Position numbers and translations under genes: made by a program | The notes under the pieces: generated by a model | The model's input: only the letters and a program-made list of their open reading frames with translations | The model's database searches: none | Told to the model about the DNA's origin: nothing | In this document: piece by piece, positions 36,404 to 45,275 of the stretch | Layout: every line of letters begins with the position of its first letter | How positions within the stretch are numbered: position 1 is the stretch's first letter | Assembly: GCA_018062425.1 (NCBI GenBank) | Contig: JAGOSH010000001.1 | Span: 84,957 to 148,956, forward strand | DNA: 64,000 nucleotides | Direction of reading: 5' to 3' | DNA from: Minisyncoccota bacterium | GTDB taxonomy: Bacteria > Patescibacteriota > Minisyncoccia > Phycocordibacterales > UBA9973

Positions 36404-37018
36404 ATGAAATTTATTCTGGGAACAAAAGAAGAAATGACCGAGTATTTTACCGAAGAAGGTAAGGTAGTTCCTGTCACCGTAGTCGCAACCACTCCAAACA
36501 CTGTTACACAGGTTAAGACAAAGGAAAAAGACGGTTACAACGCCTTACAGCTCGGTTTCGGTGCAAAGAACGAAAAGAACATCACAAAACCACAGAAAGG
36601 TCACTTGAAAGGACTACCAAACTTCAAATTCTTACGTGAATTTCGCGTAAATGAAGCTCCAAAAGAAAACGTCGGAGACGTACTAAACGTAGCAGATGTT
36701 TTTGTAGCAGGGGAGAAAGTAGTTGTCTCTGGTGTTTCTAAAGGTAAAGGTTTCCAAGGCGTTGTGAAGCGTCATGGTTTCCATGGTGGTCCACGAACTC
36801 ACGGTCAGAAACACTCAGAACGCGAGGCTGGATCTATCGGTGGAGGTTTGCGTACCCATGTTCCAAAAGGTATGCGTATGGCCGGCCGTATGGGATCTGA
36901 CAGAATAACTCAAAAGAATTTGGAAGTCGTAGCCGTAGACAGTGAGAATAATTTGATCTTAATTAAGGGAGCGCTTCCAGGTCGCCGCGGTACCCTACTT
37001 GAAATAGTTGCAAAATAA
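36404..37018 (+). CDS. rplC: 50S ribosomal protein L3
   Basis: GKGFQGVVKRHGF motif; operon order. Confidence 0.95.
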   Translation: MKFILGTKEEMTEYFTEEGKVVPVTVVATTPNTVTQVKTKEKDGYNALQLGFGAKNEKNITKPQKGHLKGLPNFKFLREFRVNEAPKENVGDVLNVADVFVAGEKVVVSGVSKGKGFQGVVKRHGFHGGPRTHGQKHSEREAGSIGGGLRTHVPKGMRMAGRMGSDRITQKNLEVVAVDSENNLILIKGALPGRRGTLLEIVAK

Positions 37019-37020
37019 AA

Positions 37021-37683
37021 ATGGAAGCAAATATATACAATCAAAAAGGTGAGGTAGCAGGTAAATTAACCCTGCCAGAGCGAGTATTCGCTGCAAAATG
37101 GCGCAGTGACTTGGTTCACCAAGTAGTAGAAGGTATGCGTTCTAACAAGCGTGCTGGTACTGCTGATACCAAAGGCCGAGGAGAAGTCAGTGGTGGTGGT
37201 AAGAAGCCATGGAAACAAAAGGGTACTGGTAGAGCTCGTCACGGATCTTCCCGAAGTCCAATCTGGGTTGGTGGTGGTGTAACACACGGTCCACTTGCTG
37301 AGAAGAACTACAAGAAGAAAATTTCCAAGAAAATGCGAGCTCAAGCACTGTTCTCTGTATTGTCACGCAAGTTCAAAGATGGAGAAGTGCTATTTGTTGA
37401 TACTTTGACATTGAGCAAAATCAAAACCAAAGACGCTATTACTGTTGTAGAAAAGTTGGGTAAGGCATCTGGTTGGAAAGATTTGGCAACTGCTAAAAAG
37501 ACCAAGGCCCTAGTAGCACTGCATGCCAGAAACGAGAGCGCTGAAAAAAGTTACCGAAACATCCCTGCGTTAGAGACTTCTTTCATAAAGAATCTAAATC
37601 CGCTTGAAGTTTTGAATCATAAATACTTAATAATTGAAAATCCAGAAGAGTCGGTTAAATTTCTCGACACTCGCGGAGTATAA
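37021..37683 (+). CDS. rplD: 50S ribosomal protein L4
   Basis: GGGKKPWKQKGTGRARHGS motif. Confidence 0.95.
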   Translation: MEANIYNQKGEVAGKLTLPERVFAAKWRSDLVHQVVEGMRSNKRAGTADTKGRGEVSGGGKKPWKQKGTGRARHGSSRSPIWVGGGVTHGPLAEKNYKKKISKKMRAQALFSVLSRKFKDGEVLFVDTLTLSKIKTKDAITVVEKLGKASGWKDLATAKKTKALVALHARNESAEKSYRNIPALETSFIKNLNPLEVLNHKYLIIENPEESVKFLDTRGV

Positions 37684-37685
37684 AT

Positions 37686-38015
37686 ATGGCAAAAGAAAAG
37701 AAAACAAAAGAAAAGACCAAGGACAAGAAGGACGAAAAGAAGGTATTAACACTTCCGTTGCTTTCTCCTAGAGTTACTGAAAAAGCTTCTATGCTCTCTG
37801 AAGGGAACATATACACTTTCAACGTACACCGAAATGCAAACAAGAGTGAAGTAGCCAAAGCTGTTTTTGCTAGTTTCAAAGTGAAACCAACACGAGTAAA
37901 CATCCTTTCAATCAAAAAGAAAGCGGTAAAAGTTCGTGGCAAAATAGGTGTTCGTGGTGGTGGACGCAAAGCAGTTGTTTATTTAAAGAAAGGGGATAAA
38001 ATCGAATTTGTGTAA
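37686..38015 (+). CDS. rplW: 50S ribosomal protein L23 (Lys-rich N-terminal extension)
   Basis: LLSPRVTEKAS...YTFNV sequence; operon order. Confidence 0.9.
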   Translation: MAKEKKTKEKTKDKKDEKKVLTLPLLSPRVTEKASMLSEGNIYTFNVHRNANKSEVAKAVFASFKVKPTRVNILSIKKKAVKVRGKIGVRGGGRKAVVYLKKGDKIEFV

Positions 38016-38029
38016 TTTAATACAAGAAT

Positions 38030-38869
38030 ATGAAAAAATACCGACCAACAAGTAAATCACGTCGAAATATGACCACTGTTACATACCGTGGTGTCATTAC
38101 CAAGTCAAAACCAGAGAAGTCTCTGACTTCAGGTTTCAAGCGTGGTGTGGGCCGAAACAATGCTGGCCGTATTACTACTCGCCACAAAGGTTCTGGTCAC
38201 AAGCGTCTGTTCCGAGAAGTAGACTTTCTATACGACAAATTCAATATTCCAGCTAAGATCACAAGCGTAGAATACGATCCAAACCGAAGTGCGTTCATCG
38301 GCCTTGCCGTATATCGCGATGGTGAAAAGCGTTATGTTATCGTACCAAAATCAATCCGCCCAGGTGATACTTTCGTTGTTTCAGACAAGGCTGATTTGGC
38401 TCCAGGTAACCGCATGATGTTGAAGAACATACCTGTAGGTACCTTTGTCTACAATATCGAACTAAAACCTAAGGGTGGTGCCAAGATTGCTCGCTCTGCA
38501 GGTATCGCAGCTCAAGTAGTAGCAAATGCTGAAGGGTACACCAACATAAAAATGCCTTCAACTGAGGTACGTAAAGTAAACGAAAACTGTTTCGCTTCAA
38601 TCGGTAATGTCTCCAACGAAGAACACCATCTCGAAAACTTAGGTAAAGCAGGACGTTCAAGATGGAAAGGAATTCGCCCTACTGTTCGTGGCTCCGCTAT
38701 GAACCCAGTAGACCACCCATACGGTGGAGGTGAAGGACGACAAGGACGTGGAACCAAGCGACCAAAGACTATGTGGGGTAAAGTTACTGGAGGACGGAAG
38801 ACACGATCTCCAAAGAAGTACTCAAACGTATTTATCGTATCTCGCAGAAAGGTTGGAAAGAAGAAATAA
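38030..38869 (+). CDS. rplB: 50S ribosomal protein L2
   Basis: GSAMNPVDHPYGGGEG motif. Confidence 0.97.
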   Translation: MKKYRPTSKSRRNMTTVTYRGVITKSKPEKSLTSGFKRGVGRNNAGRITTRHKGSGHKRLFREVDFLYDKFNIPAKITSVEYDPNRSAFIGLAVYRDGEKRYVIVPKSIRPGDTFVVSDKADLAPGNRMMLKNIPVGTFVYNIELKPKGGAKIARSAGIAAQVVANAEGYTNIKMPSTEVRKVNENCFASIGNVSNEEHHLENLGKAGRSRWKGIRPTVRGSAMNPVDHPYGGGEGRQGRGTKRPKTMWGKVTGGRKTRSPKKYSNVFIVSRRKVGKKK

Positions 38870-38887
38870 ACTCAATAATATAATAAT

Positions 38888-38910
38888 AAAATCCCCTAAT
38901 AGGGGATTTT
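38888..38910. terminator. bidirectional terminator between rplB and the TrmB-like gene
   Basis: AAAATCCCCT/AGGGGATTTT 10-bp stem, 3-nt loop. Confidence 0.7.
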
Positions 38911-38911
38911 A

Positions 38912-39658
38912 TTATTTGAGGAGATTCCAAATCATGTCGAATTTCTCTTCTTCTGAGTGGCTGATGTCCTCACTTTCTATAACAATAGACATGAGTTCAT
39001 TCTTGGTTGTTACAATAACCACCTTGCCAGGCGCAATAAATACATTGGAAGTTAATTTGAAACCCTTGGGTACGTATTTTACCTCGCGGAGCTCTGTTGC
39101 GTTATTGGTCTGAATGAGCTGGCTTTCTTCACCCTGATAGCAGATCATCCGGTAATGAATATTCTTTTTCATGCGGGTTGGTACGAAATACTCAACATCG
39201 TATTTAAGACCAATGAATTTATAAGCCTCGTTCAGTGACCCAATGTGGCGGATAGTGGTGTTAGGGCGCTCAAGTAATTCCTCGGCTACTTTTTCAAAAC
39301 CACTAACCCCGTAATACATGCGAACGGTGGGCTTTTTTTTATTTTCATCTCGCATAGAGGCGATTATTTCCGGGACTATTTTTTCGAATTCTTTTGATTG
39401 TTCAGTAATGCGTTTAGATAGAGCAGTGGGGTGGAGTGCTCGCGCCTTTTTAGATCTGTTTGGTCCAAAGCATACTGCAAAACCGCGTTTCTCCAAGCGT
39501 TCAATGATGTGGTGGGTGGTTATTCTGTTTAACTTTGCTTCTTTGGCTATGTCGCTTATCAACGCTTCGCCAATGTTCACCATCGCTAAATACACCTTGG
39601 ATTCATTGGCCGAGAAACCGAAATTCTCTAGTATTGATTTAATTTCTTTTATTTTCAT
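38912..39658 (-). CDS. TrmB-family winged-helix transcriptional regulator (track ORF extends to 39685)
   Basis: N-terminus FGFSANESKVYLAMVNIGEALISDIAKEAKLNRITTHHIIERLEKRGF; TrmB-like C-terminal domain length. Confidence 0.7.
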   Translation of the reverse strand: MKIKEIKSILENFGFSANESKVYLAMVNIGEALISDIAKEAKLNRITTHHIIERLEKRGFAVCFGPNRSKKARALHPTALSKRITEQSKEFEKIVPEIIASMRDENKKKPTVRMYYGVSGFEKVAEELLERPNTTIRHIGSLNEAYKFIGLKYDVEYFVPTRMKKNIHYRMICYQGEESQLIQTNNATELREVKYVPKGFKLTSNVFIAPGKVVIVTTKNELMSIVIESEDISHSEEEKFDMIWNLLK

Positions 39659-39663
39659 ATATC

Positions 39664-39682
39664 TTGTACAAAATTTGTACAA
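39664..39682. promoter_or_regulatory. putative operator: two palindromic TTGTACAA boxes 11 bp apart
   Basis: TTGTACAA at 39664-39671 and 39675-39682, immediately upstream of the TrmB-like start; further TGTAC cores at 39740-39745 and 39772-39777. Confidence 0.45.
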
Positions 39683-39838
39683 CATTAATATGTTTACTAT
39701 ACCACAAAAGTCTTTATTTACAAGGCCCTATTAAAGAACTTGTACTTTTTTACATTAAGTTAACATAATCATGTACAGAAAAATATATAATTATATATTG
39801 ATTTTGAACAACATTCCTTAACAAAAAAACATGTCATC

Positions 39839-40024
39839 ATGGCAAAGAAAAATCAAATAGACTCTAAAACACAGGAGCAGATCGATGCACTGCGCCAGGT
39901 GTTCGAAGCTCTAATTTATGTGCCACTAGATGTCCTCGACGACAAAGTGGAGGACATCAAGGAAGAAAATAAAAAAAAGGAACAAAATAAAAAAAAGTCA
40001 TTTTGGGAGGATTTTGATGATTAA
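39839..40024 (+). CDS. small acidic hypothetical protein (61 aa)
   Basis: Divergent from the TrmB-like gene; followed by a 12-bp-stem terminator. Confidence 0.35.
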   Translation: MAKKNQIDSKTQEQIDALRQVFEALIYVPLDVLDDKVEDIKEENKKKEQNKKKSFWEDFDD

Positions 40025-40038
40025 CCATCATCTCAATC

Positions 40039-40077
40039 AAGACACGCTTGGTATAATATCAAGCGTGTCTTTTTTTT
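40039..40077 (+). terminator. rho-independent terminator
   Basis: AAGACACGCTTG/CAAGCGTGTCTT plus T8. Confidence 0.8.
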
Positions 40078-40103
40078 GTGTAAAGTTAATTCAGGCGGGA
40101 CAT

Positions 40104-40131
40104 TTGACTTTTATTTATATTTTGGTAGTAT
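40104..40131 (+). promoter_or_regulatory. sigma70-like promoter TTGACT-16-TAGTAT re-starting the S10 operon at rpsS
   Basis: TTGACT 40104-40109, TAGTAT 40126-40131. Confidence 0.55.
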
Positions 40132-40173
40132 GAGGCGAAGCTCGATTCAGAGCTTTTTGTTTACTTAAATTAC

Positions 40174-40530
40174 ATGACCAGATCAATAAAAAAAGGACCA
40201 TACGTTGACCCACGAGTACTTAAAAAGGTAATCGGTAAAACCCCGCTTCAAACTCCACCGATTAAGACTTGGATCAGAGCTAGCCAAATCTCTCCAGAAT
40301 TAGTGGGCTTTACTTTTGCTGTATATAACGGCAAGACATTTATCGAAGTTTTAATAACCGAAGACATGATCGGTCACCGTCTGGGCGAATTTTCACCAAC
40401 CAAGAAATTTATCAAACATGGAGGTAAGATGCAGAAAGAGCTTGAACAAAAGAAGAAAGAGTCTGAAATAGCTCAAGCTAAGGCTGCCTCTACTACAACC
40501 GCAGCATCTGCTACTGCTAAGAAAAAATAA
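40174..40530 (+). CDS. rpsS: 30S ribosomal protein S19 (C-terminal extension)
   Basis: MTRSIKKGPYVD...GHRLGEFSPTK sequence. Confidence 0.96.
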   Translation: MTRSIKKGPYVDPRVLKKVIGKTPLQTPPIKTWIRASQISPELVGFTFAVYNGKTFIEVLITEDMIGHRLGEFSPTKKFIKHGGKMQKELEQKKKESEIAQAKAASTTTAASATAKKK

Positions 40531-40533
40531 AAC

Positions 40534-40971
40534 ATGAAAGCTTACCTCAAAAATTACAGACAGTCTCCACGTAAAGTACGATTGGTTGCAAGTTTAGTAA
40601 CAGGGAAAAAAGTTTCCGATGCTATTGTGGCACTTGAATTTTTGCCAAAGCGAGCAAGTCTACCGATAAAGAAATTACTCCTTTCAGCATTGGCTAACGC
40701 TAAAGCGCAGGGTAAGGAGGAAGCATCCCTTTTCATCAAAGAACTTCGAGTGGACAAAGGTATCGTCATGAAACGCATGATGCCTCGTGCTATGGGACGT
40801 GGTGCTAGAATCAACAAGCGCACTAGTCATGTAAACGTATTACTTGCTGAAAAAACCGCTAAATTACCGAAAGCTAAAAAGGGAGCTAAAAAAGAAAAAA
40901 CCGAAGTTAAAAAAGAAATTAAAAGTAGTAGTAAAGCGAAAAAGCCGGCCAAAGCTTCCGCGAGCAAGTAA
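40534..40971 (+). CDS. rplV: 50S ribosomal protein L22 (Lys-rich C-terminal extension)
   Basis: RQSPRKVRLVA...PRAMGRGARINKRTSH sequence. Confidence 0.95.
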   Translation: MKAYLKNYRQSPRKVRLVASLVTGKKVSDAIVALEFLPKRASLPIKKLLLSALANAKAQGKEEASLFIKELRVDKGIVMKRMMPRAMGRGARINKRTSHVNVLLAEKTAKLPKAKKGAKKEKTEVKKEIKSSSKAKKPAKASASK

Positions 40972-40973
40972 TT

Positions 40974-41648
40974 ATGTCTAAAATAGTTCACCCATATGCA
41001 CATAGGTTAGTAATACTCAGAGACTGGAAATCCAGATGGTTTGCTGATACCAAAAAATATGTTACCTATCTAAAAGGGGACGTGTTGCTCCGTGAATGGT
41101 TAGAAAAGAAACTCCGTGGGCTTTATGTGTCTTCAATTGAAATCGAACGAAACCGCAAGATGACTCGTTTTATCTTGAAAACTTCACGACCAGGTTTACT
41201 CATCGGTCGTTCAGGTGAAGGTGCCACAAAACTCAAGGAGGAAATATTGAAAAAGATGGACAAGCTAGGTTTGCCAAAGGGTGAAGACTTCAAGCTAGAA
41301 GTAGTAGAAGTAACAAATCCAGAAGCTGACGCCTCTATTGTAGCCTACATGGTTGCTGAGGGCTTGGAGAAGCGTATGCCATACCGCAGAGTCATGAAAC
41401 AGACAGTTGAGAAGGTTATGGCAACCCAGGGCGTAGAAGGAGTACGTATAGTGCTCTCTGGCCGATTGGGAGGTGCTGAAATTGCCCGAACCGAAGAGTT
41501 GAAACGAGGATCTATTCCACTGCAGACTTTCCGAGCTGACATTGATTTTAAAAGAGAACGAGCTGTCCTTTCCTACGGTACTATCGGTATCAAGGTTTGG
41601 ATTTATCGAGGTAAGATTTTTGCCAAGAAAGAAGGCGTAACACAATAA
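40974..41648 (+). CDS. rpsC: 30S ribosomal protein S3
   Basis: KH domain GLLIGRSGEG and RLGGAEIAR motif. Confidence 0.96.
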   Translation: MSKIVHPYAHRLVILRDWKSRWFADTKKYVTYLKGDVLLREWLEKKLRGLYVSSIEIERNRKMTRFILKTSRPGLLIGRSGEGATKLKEEILKKMDKLGLPKGEDFKLEVVEVTNPEADASIVAYMVAEGLEKRMPYRRVMKQTVEKVMATQGVEGVRIVLSGRLGGAEIARTEELKRGSIPLQTFRADIDFKRERAVLSYGTIGIKVWIYRGKIFAKKEGVTQ

Positions 41649-41652
41649 TCCC

Positions 41653-42078
41653 ATGTTAATTCCTAAAAAAGTAAAATTTAGAAAGTGGCAGAGTGGCCGT
41701 TCAAAAACAAAGCTGACTACTCCTGAGACCAGGGGTACCAAGGTTTCTTTTGGATCTTTTGGACTGAAAGCCATATCCGGAGCACGAGTTAAATCAAATC
41801 AGATTGAATCTGCTCGAAAAGTTATTTCTCGAACATTGACCAAGACTGGTAAATACTGGGTTCGTATTTTTCCAGACCGACCTTATACACAGAAGGCAGC
41901 ACAGGTAGGTATGGGTAAGGGTAAAGGTGATCCACAAGGATATGTTTTTGAAGTACAACCAGGACGAGTTATATTTGAAGTTGACGGTGTAGATGCAGTA
42001 ACCGCTCACGAAGCATTACGAAAAGCCGGTAGCAAACTCCCTGTTAAAACCAAAGTAGTTGCCCGTATAAATAAATAA
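41653..42078 (+). CDS. rplP: 50S ribosomal protein L16
   Basis: [11 protein letters not shown]...MGKGKG sequence. Confidence 0.96.
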   Translation: MLIPKKVKFRKWQSGRSKTKLTTPETRGTKVSFGSFGLKAISGARVKSNQIESARKVISRTLTKTGKYWVRIFPDRPYTQKAAQVGMGKGKGDPQGYVFEVQPGRVIFEVDGVDAVTAHEALRKAGSKLPVKTKVVARINK

Positions 42079-42083
42079 TAGTT

Positions 42084-42344
42084 ATGCCAAAGAAAAAAGT
42101 AGAACAAAATAATAGTAAGGTAAAGGGTACACTCGAGGGAGTGGTTGTATCAAACAAGATGCAAAAAACCATTGTCGTGGAAGTTTCCCGTTTTGTAAAG
42201 CACCCAAAATATGGTAAATACTACCAAATCAGCAAGAGCTACAAAGCGCACGACGAGGAGAACAAGCATAAAGTTGGCGAGAAAGTTTTAATCGTACCGA
42301 CCCGACCTATTTCCAAAGATAAAAGATTTAAAGTTGTAGAATAA
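42084..42344 (+). CDS. rpsQ: 30S ribosomal protein S17
   Basis: [23 protein letters not shown] sequence. Confidence 0.93.
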   Translation: MPKKKVEQNNSKVKGTLEGVVVSNKMQKTIVVEVSRFVKHPKYGKYYQISKSYKAHDEENKHKVGEKVLIVPTRPISKDKRFKVVE

Positions 42345-42348
42345 TATT

Positions 42349-42720
42349 ATGATTCAACACGGAACATTAGTTAAAATAACAGATAACTCAGGCGGAACAT
42401 TGGGCCAAGTTTTCAAAGTGCTCGGTTCTTCCAAGAAGCGTTATGCTGGTTTGGGTGAGAAAGTAATCATCGCTGTTAAAATCGCTACTCCTCGTAAAGC
42501 AGTAAAAAAGAAGGATGTACACCAAGCAGTAGTGGTCCGAACTCGCAGTGCTTACAGACGTAAGGATGGTTCATACATCAGATTTGATGACAACGCTGTA
42601 GTGTTGTTGGAAAAAGGTAAGCTTGATCCAAAAGCAGGACGCGTATTCGGTCCAATTCCACGTGAACTTTCTGAAAAAGGTTATCAAAAGATAGTTTCTT
42701 TGGCACCAGAAGTTATATAA
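42349..42720 (+). CDS. rplN: 50S ribosomal protein L14
   Basis: MIQHGTLVKITDNSG sequence. Confidence 0.96.
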   Translation: MIQHGTLVKITDNSGGTLGQVFKVLGSSKKRYAGLGEKVIIAVKIATPRKAVKKKDVHQAVVVRTRSAYRRKDGSYIRFDDNAVVLLEKGKLDPKAGRVFGPIPRELSEKGYQKIVSLAPEVI

Positions 42721-42758
42721 AAATCCCAGACGCCCAACGTCTGGAGTAAAATAAAAAA

Positions 42759-43064
42759 ATGAAATTCAAAAAAGGAGACAATGTAATAGTGACCACAGGT
42801 AAAGATAAGGGCAAGAAGGGAACCATAATCCGGACTCTTCCTGACAAAAACAAAGTGGTAGTTGAGGGCCTAAATCTTACCAAGAAGCATCAGCGTCCAC
42901 GTAAATCTGGCGAAAAGGGTAGTACCATTACTCTCGCTATGCCGATCAACGTTTCAAACGTTATGGCAGTAGATCCAAAAACCGGAAAGGCTTCTCGTAT
43001 TGGCTACAAAATGGTCGGGGATAAAAAAGTTAGAATCGCAAAGAAAAGCGGTCAGGAAATATAA
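42759..43064 (+). CDS. rplX: 50S ribosomal protein L24
   Basis: KKGDNVIVTTGKDKGKKG KOW motif. Confidence 0.93.
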   Translation: MKFKKGDNVIVTTGKDKGKKGTIIRTLPDKNKVVVEGLNLTKKHQRPRKSGEKGSTITLAMPINVSNVMAVDPKTGKASRIGYKMVGDKKVRIAKKSGQEI

Positions 43065-43073
43065 AACAACAAC

Positions 43074-43634
43074 ATGGCATACCAAACAGTAAAAGAAAAA
43101 GAAGTGATGGCCTACAGCGTAATGAAAGACGCTTTTGGTTACAAAAATAAAATGTCTGCTCCACATCTTGTAAAAGTTGTGTTAAATGTTGGTACTGGTA
43201 CCTACATGAAAAAAGACAAGAATCGAAACACCGAAATAGCAAAACGTCTAGCCAAGATAACTGGCCAGAAACCAGCACTCCGTGGTGCCAAGAAATCTAT
43301 CGCTACCTTCAAAATCAGACAAGGTGACCCAGTAGGTATAGTGGTGACTCTTCGAGGTTCTCAGATGTACGGTTTCTTGGAGAAGCTTTTCAACGTTGCG
43401 CTACCTAGAACCAAGGACTTTCGAGGATTGAACAAGACTGCGGTAGACAATATCGGTAACCTAACCATCGGCATCAAAGAACACACCATTTTCCCAGAAA
43501 CAGCAGATGAGGACATAAAGGACGTTTTCGGCTTGGCTATGACACTAGTGTCTACTGCTAAGAATAAAAAAGAAGCTACAACTTTCTTCGAGGTACTAGG
43601 TGTGCCTTTCAAGAAAGATGAAGCCAGGAAATAG
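43074..43634 (+). CDS. rplE: 50S ribosomal protein L5
   Basis: KVVLNVGTG...TLRG..MY.FLEKL sequence. Confidence 0.95.
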   Translation: MAYQTVKEKEVMAYSVMKDAFGYKNKMSAPHLVKVVLNVGTGTYMKKDKNRNTEIAKRLAKITGQKPALRGAKKSIATFKIRQGDPVGIVVTLRGSQMYGFLEKLFNVALPRTKDFRGLNKTAVDNIGNLTIGIKEHTIFPETADEDIKDVFGLAMTLVSTAKNKKEATTFFEVLGVPFKKDEARK

Positions 43635-43635
43635 T

Positions 43636-43663
43636 TTGACATTATCAGGAATTTTGTTAGTAT
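43636..43663 (+). promoter_or_regulatory. internal sigma70-like promoter TTGACA-16-TAGTAT upstream of rpsN
   Basis: TTGACA 43636-43641, TAGTAT 43658-43663. Confidence 0.45.
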
Positions 43664-43781
43664 AAGGCGCAAGGTAATAGTTTTTGCTTAATCCGTTTTT
43701 CTCCTCCGACGCTCTGGTGTCCAGAGGTTCGGAGAAAAAAAACGAGATATTGCAAAATAGAATACCTAATATTATTTACAT

Positions 43782-43967
43782 ATGGCAAAAACATCAGTCA
43801 TCGCACGATCGCAAAAGAAACCAAAGTTTTCTACCCGAACAAAAAACAGGTGTTTTCGCTGTGGCCGAGGTAAGGGGTTTATGAGAGACTTCAGTTTATG
43901 CAGAATTTGTTTCCGTGAACAGGCCAACGAAGGTAATTTGCCTGGAGTTAGGAAGTCTAGCTGGTAA
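43782..43967 (+). CDS. rpsN: 30S ribosomal protein S14, zinc-binding type Z (61 aa)
   Basis: CFRCGRGKG...CRICFRE CxxC pairs. Confidence 0.93.
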   Translation: MAKTSVIARSQKKPKFSTRTKNRCFRCGRGKGFMRDFSLCRICFREQANEGNLPGVRKSSW

Positions 43968-43978
43968 TCAAAAAAACT

Positions 43979-44368
43979 ATGGATAAAATTTCAAACATGA
44001 TCATATCGATAAAGAACGCCGGAGCTCGTGGACACGAGTCAACGTCGATACCTTTCTCGAAACTAAAAAACGCAATCGCAGACTGTCTCGTCAAAGAAGG
44101 TTACTTGTCTTATGCAGAGAAGAAAGTAAAGAAAGGCAAAAACGAACTTGAGCTCGGGCTTATCTACCACGAAGGTGGCCGACCAAAGATTTCACACGTA
44201 GAACGTATATCCAAGTCTTCTCGCCGAGTTTATTTCGGTATGAAAGACATCAATAAAGTTCGCTCAGGTACTGGTCTCTTGGTCCTCTCAACTCCAAAAG
44301 GAATATTGAGTGGAGGAGCTGCCCGTAAAGAACAAGTCGGAGGAGAAGCATTATTTAAAATTTGGTAA
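43979..44368 (+). CDS. rpsH: 30S ribosomal protein S8
   Basis: ISNMIISIKNA...GGEALFKIW sequence. Confidence 0.95.
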   Translation: MDKISNMIISIKNAGARGHESTSIPFSKLKNAIADCLVKEGYLSYAEKKVKKGKNELELGLIYHEGGRPKISHVERISKSSRRVYFGMKDINKVRSGTGLLVLSTPKGILSGGAARKEQVGGEALFKIW

Positions 44369-44377
44369 ATCATCATC

Positions 44378-44911
44378 ATGTCAAGAATTGGAAAAAAAGA
44401 AATAAAGATACCAAATGGAGTAAAAATTGCGCTCGATGCAGGTGTTTTGACAGTTACTGGTCCAAAGGGTTCTATCAAGAAAATTTTTAGAGACGATATT
44501 GCTATCAACATAGCTGCTGATTTGGTTACACTCGCTACCAAAAGAAACGATAAATTCTCGAAAGCTCTCTGGGGTACTTACGCATCACACATCATGAACA
44601 TGGTGGCTGGAGTAGAAAACCCATATCAAAAGAAACTAATCCTAGAAGGAGTTGGTTTCAAATCAGAAGTAAAAGGCAAGGAATTGCATTTGGCCCTGGG
44701 CTTCTCTCATCCTGTAGTTGTAGCTATACCAGAAGGTCTTACTGTAACCGCTGAGAAGAACAACATCACCGTAGTAGGAGTAGACAAGGAACTTGTAGGT
44801 TCATTCACCGCAGCACTTCGCGCAAAGAAGAAACCAGAACCATACAAGGGTAAGGGCTTCCGTTACCACGATGAAGTAATAAGACGTAAGCAAGGTAAGA
44901 AAACAGCTTAA
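44378..44911 (+). CDS. rplF: 50S ribosomal protein L6
   Basis: MSRIGKKEIKIP...EPYKGKGFRY sequence. Confidence 0.95.
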   Translation: MSRIGKKEIKIPNGVKIALDAGVLTVTGPKGSIKKIFRDDIAINIAADLVTLATKRNDKFSKALWGTYASHIMNMVAGVENPYQKKLILEGVGFKSEVKGKELHLALGFSHPVVVAIPEGLTVTAEKNNITVVGVDKELVGSFTAALRAKKKPEPYKGKGFRYHDEVIRRKQGKKTA

Positions 44912-44924
44912 GGAATAACAAGTT

Positions 44925-45266
44925 ATGAAAAACAAAGTATCAAAAAGATTACGTTTAAAGAGTAAAATCCGAGCAAAGGTTTCCGGAGTAACATTGCGCC
45001 CTCGCTTGTCTGTTTTCCGATCCAACAAATTCATTTATGCACAGGTTATTGATGACACTAAAGGTAAAACTCTAGTTTCAGCAAGTGATGTGAAAGTAGA
45101 AAAAGGTACCAAACTAGAGCGAGCCAAGGCTGTAGGAGAGAACGTAGCTAAGCTAGCAATTGCCGCAAAAATAAACGAAGTTGTTTTCGATCGAAATGGT
45201 TTCAAATATACTGGCCGAATCAAGTTAGTAGCAGATGCTGCTCGTGCTGCCGGATTAAAATTTTAA
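44925..45266 (+). CDS. rplR: 50S ribosomal protein L18
   Basis: [20 protein letters not shown] sequence. Confidence 0.95.
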   Translation: MKNKVSKRLRLKSKIRAKVSGVTLRPRLSVFRSNKFIYAQVIDDTKGKTLVSASDVKVEKGTKLERAKAVGENVAKLAIAAKINEVVFDRNGFKYTGRIKLVADAARAAGLKF

Positions 45267-45275
45267 TAATTTAGT

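Noticed and set aside
43684-43884. 66-aa ORF spanning the rplE-rpsN spacer and the start of rpsN.
   Set aside because: It overlaps the bona fide S14 gene out of frame, and its 5' part is the structured hairpin region. It is more likely a leader RNA than a coding sequence.
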